DNA of 33,638 nucleotides from a virus (Duplodnaviria; Caudoviricetes), in the IMG/VR virus record IMGVR_UViG_3300037762_000068, positions 1-33,638 of that record; one strand, written 5' to 3'. The translations under genes were made by a program, and so were the position numbers. The notes beneath the pieces were generated by a model. It worked only from the letters and a program-made list of their open reading frames with translations, did no database searches and was not told the DNA's origin. Positions 27,209-33,638 of the stretch are shown here, piece after piece; position 1 is the stretch's first letter; the number at the start of each line of letters is the position of its first letter.

Positions 27209-27350
27209 GAGCTTGGCGGCGTGGGTCTTCGGCCTTCTCGGGTCAGCTCACCGGCGCTCAGTGGAGGCCGGGGTGTCGCCGCCCGCTATGTTCTACGCCT
27301 GCATTTTGGGGCCTCGCCCGTTTCCCGTCAAGGCCCCTCCCAACCAACAC

Positions 27351-27523
27351 CCTTTGACTTTGCTCGGCTTCGGTTCGCTAGGCTGCGCTCGGCTCAGCAG
27401 GGCTGCGCTCCGCTTCGCAGTGCTTTGGATTCTTTGACTTTGCTAGGCCCTGCTAGGCTTTGCTGGGCTGGGCTTCGCTGCGCTCTGCTCAGCTGTGCTT
27501 CGCTACGCTGCGGATTCTTTGAT
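27351..27523 (-). ncRNA. 5-nt-period array (NN-AGC)n in two units, putative guide RNAs
   Basis: 27 in-register pentamers (14+13), separated by TCAAAGAATCC; starts right after the stop at 27524. Confidence 0.8.
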
Positions 27524-28033
27524 CTACGCCGCCTCGTCGATCGCTGTGAACACCGCCGCCAGCGCCGGAACGGCCTTCACGAGTACCTCGCGGTACACCT
27601 CATACCGGACCTGAAACTCCCGGAGTCGGGCCAGCGCCTCGGACAGGACTTGCTCGGCCAGGGGCTCCGAGTCGCGCACCTGTTGGATCGTCACGTACTG
27701 GCGGCGTATCGCGCCACCCGCCGGGGTCACCGTGGCCACCGTGACCGAATGAAACGCCCTCACGGCTCGCCGCCCGCTCGCGGTCTGGACGTTAACGAGA
27801 ATCGCGCCGGCCATCTGGCGCGCACGGTTACGGTACCACGACTCGGCGACCTCGTCGAGCGGCCGGTCCATCTGCAGGTGCCGCCGTAGGGGTGTCTCGT
27901 TCGCCCTCGCGTACTCCACGATTTCGACAGGCGAGCTTGCTCCCGACTCAGCCAGGGCGGCCAACTCCGGACCGATCTCCTCCGCGTCTTCGTCGCTGAA
28001 CGGCGTTCCGGGTGCTGCAAAGTACTTGGCCAC
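27524..28033 (-). CDS. Helical partner protein of the RAMP-like gene (phage hypothetical)
   Basis: GTG at 28033, 1 nt after the upstream stop, with GAGGAGG RBS; P.EIVE.AR....PL..H.......A..WY...ARQ....I motif. Confidence 0.8.
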   Translation of the reverse strand: MAKYFAAPGTPFSDEDAEEIGPELAALAESGASSPVEIVEYARANETPLRRHLQMDRPLDEVAESWYRNRARQMAGAILVNVQTASGRRAVRAFHSVTVATVTPAGGAIRRQYVTIQQVRDSEPLAEQVLSEALARLREFQVRYEVYREVLVKAVPALAAVFTAIDEAA

Positions 28034-28034
28034 C

Positions 28035-28667
28035 TCACACCTCCTCGATCTCGGCGCCCTCGATCTCGAACCTTCCGTATTGCCCACCGTTCTCGACGCG
28101 GAAGGAGCCGATCCCAACCGTCCGCCCGGCGAGCATCAGTAGGTGCAGGAATGTCTCCTGGCTGAACAGCGAATGCTCGAACTCGACAACGAACTCCATG
28201 GCCCACCTCTCGTATTTGGGACGATGCACGATTGTCCACGTCCCCTTGATCCGACCGGGACGGGTATCTCTGACGGGCCTCGGTCCCTCGATGGGGATGA
28301 GGTCGCTGCCCGGGACCATGACTGTGACGGCGCCCTTGATCGCCGGCCCCTTCTTCGCCCAGCCCTCACCCATGCGATGGCCCGCAGACGCCATCGCTTC
28401 CACAATGGACTCCAGGGGGTGGCCGTAGACGACCTTCCCGTTCTTGCTCACGGTCGCTGCTTCGAGGATCTCCGCCACTTCCGCGTCGGGGTCCCGCGCC
28501 TCCCTCTTGTTCTTGGCCTTCCCCTCCTGCTTGCCACGCATTCCCTCAATCACCGTCGGACGCCACCGGTTCTGCATGAGCGGGGTGAGCCCCCGGATCC
28601 GCACCTTCATCCTGCCCACGTTCGGAGCGGGGAGCGCGATCGTCTTCGTGGCCTTTGTCTTTGCCAT
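28035..28667 (-). CDS. Stand-alone RAMP/Cas7-like RNA-binding protein (210 aa)
   Basis: ATG at 28667 with AGGAGG; N-terminal strand VRIRGLTPLMQN, P.ES...AM helix, C-terminal Gly-rich loop GIGSFRVENGGQYGRFEI. Confidence 0.75.
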   Translation of the reverse strand: MAKTKATKTIALPAPNVGRMKVRIRGLTPLMQNRWRPTVIEGMRGKQEGKAKNKREARDPDAEVAEILEAATVSKNGKVVYGHPLESIVEAMASAGHRMGEGWAKKGPAIKGAVTVMVPGSDLIPIEGPRPVRDTRPGRIKGTWTIVHRPKYERWAMEFVVEFEHSLFSQETFLHLLMLAGRTVGIGSFRVENGGQYGRFEIEGAEIEEV

Positions 28668-28720
28668 GGTGTAGCCTCCTGTCGGTTTGCGGCCGGGGGC
28701 CGATCCCCGCACCGTACACA

Positions 28721-28750
28721 AATCTACCGACAGGCCGCCGAACTAGTCAA
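28721..28750 (-). promoter_or_regulatory. Sigma70-like promoter TTGACT-18-TAGATT for the RAMP operon
   Basis: Hexamers at 28745-28750 and 28721-28726 in the divergent intergenic region. Confidence 0.6.
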
Positions 28751-28792
28751 GCGAACGGTGTACATGTAGATTCGGGGAGGAACAGGAAGTTC

Positions 28793-29029
28793 GTGAACCG
28801 AGAAGCCGTGAGTATGCTCATCCAGCGCGTACTATCCGACGGTCCGTTCTCCATGAACGAGATCGCCCGCGAGACGGGGTTGAGCTACGACGCACTGCGC
28901 TCGTGGGCCACGGGGCGCCGCATGCCACGCCGAGAGAACATGGAAAAGCTCGCCGCCTACCTGGAGAAGCACGGCAAGCGCCTACAGGACTTCGCGGCCG
29001 AAGTGCGCGTGCTGGCGGAGGAACCCTAG
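28793..29029 (+). CDS. XRE-family HTH regulator
   Basis: SMNEIARETGLSYDALRSWATGRRMP...KLA; start GTG 28793 or ATG 28814. Confidence 0.85.
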   Translation: MNREAVSMLIQRVLSDGPFSMNEIARETGLSYDALRSWATGRRMPRRENMEKLAAYLEKHGKRLQDFAAEVRVLAEEP

Positions 29030-29880
29030 CCCCGCGCCCTCGCCCGCTTCCGGGCCCCCGAATCCAGCGCCGCTGCCTTGCCGGCCCGCTCGCGCCCCAT
29101 CTGCGTCGCACGCTTCACCGCGTCCTCGATCGTCCCGACGTGGTCCGCCATCCCGATCGAGACTGCCTCTTCCGCACCGTAGACCCACGCGCCCCACTCC
29201 GAGCGAATGGTCTCGACGCCGACGCTCCGGCCGTTCGCGCTTCGGCCACGCTTCACGGCGCCGACGAACATCCCGTAGTACCGCTCGATGTCGAGGGTCA
29301 TATCCTCCAGGGCCTCATCGGAGAGCGGCCCGAGGGGGCTGCCCTCGACCTTGCCCTCACCGGCGGACACGAGCGTGACCTTGATGCCCATCTGATCGAG
29401 CGCGACGCTCCAGTCCTCGTGTGCTCCGAGGATGCCGATCGAGCCGATCTCGCCGGACGGGGTGACGAAGACCTCGTCCGCTTGGCTCGCGATCCAGTAC
29501 GCAGCCGATGCGGCGAGGGAATCCGCTGCGGCCACGATCGGCTTCCCGCCGCGAGCAGCCCGGATCTCGGCACCTAGCTCCTCGATCCCGTAGACCTCGC
29601 CACCGGGCGAGTCGATCTGAAGCACCACGGCGCGCGAGCCATCGGCCATCGCGTCCCGGAACGTGGCCCGCGTTCTCTCCACGGATGTGCCGAACCAGCC
29701 TCCGCGCTGCGTGAGGAGCCCCATCACAGGGACGATCGTCACGTCGCCCGCTTGCTTGGCCGCACCCCGAGCCGCCCACACATCCGACGACGCCACGAGG
29801 TCGCCCGCCGCGATAGCGCGAAGGTAGGGGAGGGTGACCGCCCAGAGGCGAGAAGTCGCAAGGTCAGCCGTTTCAAGCAT
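29026..29880 (-). CDS. Prohead protease, S49 (SppA/ClpP-like) family
   Basis: IDSPGGEV, AASAAYWIAS, GSIG motifs; follows portal. Confidence 0.92.
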   Translation of the reverse strand: MLETADLATSRLWAVTLPYLRAIAAGDLVASSDVWAARGAAKQAGDVTIVPVMGLLTQRGGWFGTSVERTRATFRDAMADGSRAVVLQIDSPGGEVYGIEELGAEIRAARGGKPIVAAADSLAASAAYWIASQADEVFVTPSGEIGSIGILGAHEDWSVALDQMGIKVTLVSAGEGKVEGSPLGPLSDEALEDMTLDIERYYGMFVGAVKRGRSANGRSVGVETIRSEWGAWVYGAEEAVSIGMADHVGTIEDAVKRATQMGRERAGKAAALDSGARKRARARG

Positions 29881-31468
29881 GGCCGTTCTCCAGGCCGGGG
29901 GTGATCGATGCGAGGGCCCGAACGCTCTCGGCCTCGGCGGAATCCGTCAGGGTGGCGAGGGCGCCGAACCGCTCGCATTGGGCCTCGCAATAGGTCCGCG
30001 CATCGGCGAGCGGGACCGATAGATCCTCGGCGATCTGGACGGCGTGCTCATCGTAGAACTTCGCCAGCCACTTTTCCCAGCCGTCCGCGTCGTCCGCATA
30101 GCGCGCGGCAGCGCCCTTCGTCCGGCCGGGCGCGCCGCAGATGGCGGCGAACTCCTTCCGCACCAGACGCTCGACGCCTCGCCCCGCGATTCGGACAAGC
30201 TGGGCGCGCGCGCCGTCCTCGGGCTCTGGCGACCTCGGTGGCTGGGCAGCCGACGTCTCTCGTTCCGACCCGGCCTCCACCATATTCAGCGGCTCCAGGA
30301 ACTCGTCGAGCTCGTCGGGCCCGCGGTTGTAGTTCTCCTCGACCCTGGCCTCGTTCCGGGTCTTCCAGCCCGACGCGATCGAGATCCGGTGCGCGTCGTA
30401 GCGGGTCTTGATGTCGCCGCGCAGCAAGCCTTCGAGGATGAAGTCAGCGAAGAACTCAGGCGCACCGAGCACGACGCTCATGCCGAGCTCGGCCGCGATG
30501 TTCTCGGTCCACGGCCGGACCGAGTGTGTCACGAACGAGAGAAAGAACTGCTCGGCGCTCGCGTAGGTCGCGGTCTTGTCCGGGTGGCCGACGAGTACGC
30601 CGGGCACGCCGAGATAGCGGAGCAACTCCTCGACCTGGAACTGGCGGGCCTCGAGCCACTGCGAGTCCTTGTTGTTCGCGCTGATCGGCTCGTACTTGAG
30701 GCCGCCCACCAACAGCGGAGTCTTGCCGCTGGAGTTGGGGCCACCGTAGGCCCGCTGCCACGCCTTCTCGTTGTCCTCGCGGACCTCCTTCTGCATCGGC
30801 GAGGGCGTCGAGAGATAGCCGGAGAACCGCGCGCCGTTCCGGAGGAACATCGAGCCGTGACGCTCGGCACTGAGCGCGAGGCCGATTGCGTTGCGTGCGA
30901 GCTTGGTCAGGGGGATGCCGCTCTTGCCGTCGAGGCTGAAGCCGCGGACGTGGAAGACGTTGTCCTGGAGCAGCCGCCGCTCTGGCTCGTACCCGCGCTC
31001 GGATAGGTCGCGCGTCACGTACACGAGCCGGCCGTCGCCGAGTTGGTCGACCACTCTCGTGGTATCGGGATTCAGCGGCACGAGTCCACCGATCCCGCCG
31101 GGGCCCGGCATGATCTCCGAGTGGTGGTTGCCCCAGAGAATCGCCTGGCTCATCACCAGGTGCCGCCACCGGAACGACGTCATCCACGGGTTCGGCCTGT
31201 CGTGCAGGAGGTCGTATGCCGAATGGTCCCGCGCCCGCTCCTTGCCGTCGTCGTCCGTCCTGCGGTAGACCACGAGCGGCACGGACGCCACCGAATGAGC
31301 CAGCACGTTGACCGCGCGGTAGACCACGCTCACGCCGAGCGCGGCCTCGGGTACGATGACTGGGCCGGCGTCGGAACGCATCCCCCCGATCTCGCGGTAC
31401 CAGCGATCGTCGAGGGGCGACCATGTGACCGACGCCTCAACCTTGGGGCGGGCCAACGTCGCTAGCAT
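29873..31468 (-). CDS. Portal protein, HK97 family
   Basis: VYRAV..LA..VAS.PL, PN.WMT, WGN, FHVRG.S.DG..G, T.NEAR..EN motifs. Confidence 0.95.
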   Translation of the reverse strand: MLATLARPKVEASVTWSPLDDRWYREIGGMRSDAGPVIVPEAALGVSVVYRAVNVLAHSVASVPLVVYRRTDDDGKERARDHSAYDLLHDRPNPWMTSFRWRHLVMSQAILWGNHHSEIMPGPGGIGGLVPLNPDTTRVVDQLGDGRLVYVTRDLSERGYEPERRLLQDNVFHVRGFSLDGKSGIPLTKLARNAIGLALSAERHGSMFLRNGARFSGYLSTPSPMQKEVREDNEKAWQRAYGGPNSSGKTPLLVGGLKYEPISANNKDSQWLEARQFQVEELLRYLGVPGVLVGHPDKTATYASAEQFFLSFVTHSVRPWTENIAAELGMSVVLGAPEFFADFILEGLLRGDIKTRYDAHRISIASGWKTRNEARVEENYNRGPDELDEFLEPLNMVEAGSERETSAAQPPRSPEPEDGARAQLVRIAGRGVERLVRKEFAAICGAPGRTKGAAARYADDADGWEKWLAKFYDEHAVQIAEDLSVPLADARTYCEAQCERFGALATLTDSAEAESVRALASITPGLENGHA

Positions 31469-31472
31469 CGCA

Positions 31473-31634
31473 TCACTCCCTCGGTAGGTAGCGCATGACC
31501 TCGATCACCTGGCCCGCGAGATAGAACCCCGCGAACGGCAGCCCGGCAGCGATCACGCCAGCAGGCCACCCGATCCAGGCCCACACTCCTACCACGATCG
31601 CGGCGATTCCCGCGAGGCCAATGGCGTGCTTCAC
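31473..31634 (-). CDS. Small membrane protein between terminase and portal
   Basis: Two hydrophobic segments; GTGA overlap with terminase stop. Confidence 0.65.
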   Translation of the reverse strand: MKHAIGLAGIAAIVVGVWAWIGWPAGVIAAGLPFAGFYLAGQVIEVMRYLPRE

Positions 31635-33214
31635 CACGACACCTCCTCCGGCTCCCACGCCTCCTCCAGATCCGCGCCTGCGCGCACCTTGGCGTCCACC
31701 TCACCGAAGACGAACACCCCAGGCGGCTCCGTGTCATCGAGCTGGGCCTCCGCGCCCGCTCGCATCGCCATCGCAAGCGCCACCATACCGTCGATCCGGC
31801 CCGTGGCGTGCGCTTTATCCAGCTTGCGGTTGCCCGCGCCATCCCGGGCCACGACGGCATTCGCCGCGCACATCGTGAGTACCGGGTTATCACCGTGGCG
31901 CAGGTTCTGGTTCAACAGTTCGGACTCAAGCGCATCGAGCGCCGGCGTCATGTCCTTGAAGCCTTGCCCGCACGGCGACAGCGGCAACTCAACCCCGCAC
32001 TGCTTGAGCGCCGCCTGGAGAACGTCCATGCGCCAGCGGTCGTAGTGGATCCGGGCCACCTCGTGACCTTCCGCGTACTCCACGAGCCATGTCGCCACTT
32101 GCGCGTAGTCGATCGAGGCGCCCGGGGTTAGCTCAATATGCCCGGCATGCGCCCACTGGTCGTAGGGCGCCCGGTCCCGATGTGAGCGATCCACGATTCC
32201 GGCCTGCGGAGCCCAGAACGTCGGGGCCACATGCCACACCCCGTCATCGTCCTTCGCCACTGCCACGGCTGCGGTCAGGTCGTTTCGGGCCGATAGGTCT
32301 AAGCCGAGAAACACGGGCTGTGATTTGAACACCGCCATATCAACCTCACCCCCACAGGACGCCCAGACGTTCCGCGAGACGAACGGATTGTGCGGGTTCA
32401 CGCGCTGATTCAACACGAGGTTGCGGTACGCGGCTTCGCGTGCCGGCATCCGGTTCGCCGCGGCAGCCTGGTCCCGTACCTCTTGCTGGTTCATGAAGAG
32501 ATCGAAGTGCGGGCTTGCCTGCTTGATCGCCTTATCCCCGAACGGGTCGAGCAGTTCATCGGCCGCGTACAGAACGACCTTCGTGCGAGGGTCCTCCCCC
32601 CGCTTCGCGTCGTCGATCAGCACGGAAAGCAGGTCCGCGTCGGTCGGGGCTTGCGTGGAGATCACGATGGATAGCGGGTCCTCCTGCGCGCCCGTAGCGG
32701 TCTCGAGCGCCTCGTAAAGCTCCGAGCGCGGGCCTCGCACCTGCCCCAGCTCGTCATGCACCACGAACACCGGGGAGAGACCGTAGGCTGTCGAGGCATC
32801 GGCCGAAAGCGCGCGATAGAGGGTGCCGAGTTCGGCGCAGTGGAGTTGCTTCGCCGTGTCCCGCACCACGACGTAGGCCGAAAGATCCGGCGAGAGCCGC
32901 ACCATCTTCGCCGCGAGCGAGAAGAGGAGCGCGGCCTGGTCCCTGGACTGCGCCGCTGAGTAGAGTTGGCTGTTCTTCCGCGCCTCAGGGCCGACGAGGT
33001 GGAGGAGTAGGAGGCATGCGGAAAACGCGGTCTTACCCTGCTTCCTCGCCATGCTCAGAATGAACCGGCGGGTGGGGGTATCGTAAATCCGCCGGACCCA
33101 CTCCTTCTGCTGGCGGGAGAGCTTCATCGGCTTCCCGACCATGCGCCCCTCGGGGATCACGCAATGCTCCTCGATCCACCGGACGTTCCGGAGTCCGCGC
33201 GTCACCCCTGCCAC
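31631..33214 (-). CDS. terL: Terminase large subunit
   Basis: Walker A ARKQGKT, Walker B VVHDE, ISTQ, GLDLS..DLTA and RIDG.VA nuclease motifs. Confidence 0.96.
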   Translation of the reverse strand: MAGVTRGLRNVRWIEEHCVIPEGRMVGKPMKLSRQQKEWVRRIYDTPTRRFILSMARKQGKTAFSACLLLLHLVGPEARKNSQLYSAAQSRDQAALLFSLAAKMVRLSPDLSAYVVVRDTAKQLHCAELGTLYRALSADASTAYGLSPVFVVHDELGQVRGPRSELYEALETATGAQEDPLSIVISTQAPTDADLLSVLIDDAKRGEDPRTKVVLYAADELLDPFGDKAIKQASPHFDLFMNQQEVRDQAAAANRMPAREAAYRNLVLNQRVNPHNPFVSRNVWASCGGEVDMAVFKSQPVFLGLDLSARNDLTAAVAVAKDDDGVWHVAPTFWAPQAGIVDRSHRDRAPYDQWAHAGHIELTPGASIDYAQVATWLVEYAEGHEVARIHYDRWRMDVLQAALKQCGVELPLSPCGQGFKDMTPALDALESELLNQNLRHGDNPVLTMCAANAVVARDGAGNRKLDKAHATGRIDGMVALAMAMRAGAEAQLDDTEPPGVFVFGEVDAKVRAGADLEEAWEPEEVSW

Positions 33215-33600
33215 GGCCGCCGCCCGCTCGCGCGCTTGTTTGCTGTGCTCGCAGCCTGCGGCGTGTAGCGGCTCTGCTGGGTAAGGCGCAACTTGGTGGC
33301 GAGGCCAGCTACGCGGCGGGCCTCCTTGTCACGCATGTCGAGCACGAGCCGCACGTCGCCAACGGAACCCCCTTCTTCGGTCGCCTTGATCCGCAGGTCC
33401 AGCCGGTCGCACATGGCCGCCGCTCGCACGTACTCTTTCAGGAGCGGCAGGCTGTCCTCCCCGAACCAGTCGCGCGGCTTCGAGTCCACGACCGCGCGCC
33501 ACAAATCCGCCTCGGATTCCGTCAATTCGCTCGGTGGGGCGACGACGGAAGGCGACGAGGCCGCTACGATCGTGAGCGCCGCCGCGGATTTTCTTGCCAT
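33202..33600 (-). CDS. terS: Terminase small subunit (P27-like)
   Basis: PP..L...E...W...LL..Y...LATKLRLT.QSR; upstream of TerL. Confidence 0.85.
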   Translation of the reverse strand: MARKSAAALTIVAASSPSVVAPPSELTESEADLWRAVVDSKPRDWFGEDSLPLLKEYVRAAAMCDRLDLRIKATEEGGSVGDVRLVLDMRDKEARRVAGLATKLRLTQQSRYTPQAASTANKRASGRRPWQG

Positions 33601-33638
33601 TCAAGGCTGCCGGTTGTTACGGGTTAGCGAAGCGAGAC

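Noticed and set aside
27304-27337. Intrinsic terminator directly after the array
   Set aside because: The hairpin is followed by A4 rather than a U-tract on the transcribed strand, so it is kept only as a hairpin.
27351-27523. CRISPR array or simple microsatellite
   Set aside because: There are no 25-40 nt repeats with unique spacers, and the position-specific variation and separators do not fit slippage repeats.
28735-28802. Self-target of array unit 1 in the cassette promoter (ccgaactagtcaa, cgtgaaccgag resemble parts of the concatenated NN)
   Set aside because: The matches are short, imperfect and in the wrong order. I found no convincing target in the window by eye, but the search was not exhaustive.

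Overview
This is a high-GC (roughly 70%) siphovirus-like phage or prophage segment, transcribed almost entirely on the minus strand. From right to left it holds the terminase subunits, an HK97-type portal, an S49 protease, the major capsid, head decoration and neck genes, tail genes (with a -1 frameshift chaperone and an inserted HNH endonuclease), a GH108 lysis cassette, and an early or recombination region (HTH proteins, a PD-(D/E)XK exonuclease, an SSB-like protein and repeat-rich hypotheticals). The standout is a ~1.7 kb cassette inserted between the protease and capsid genes. It contains a divergent XRE regulator, a stand-alone RAMP/Cas7-like gene, a partner gene and, immediately after it, a non-coding array of strict 5-nt period (fixed AGC plus variable NN) split into two units by a conserved separator. 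This looks like a compact, non-CRISPR RNA-guided system. Two diverged copies of a ~260-nt structured element with C4/CI-antisense-like self-complementarity are also present. All family calls come from motif recognition by eye; no database searches were run.
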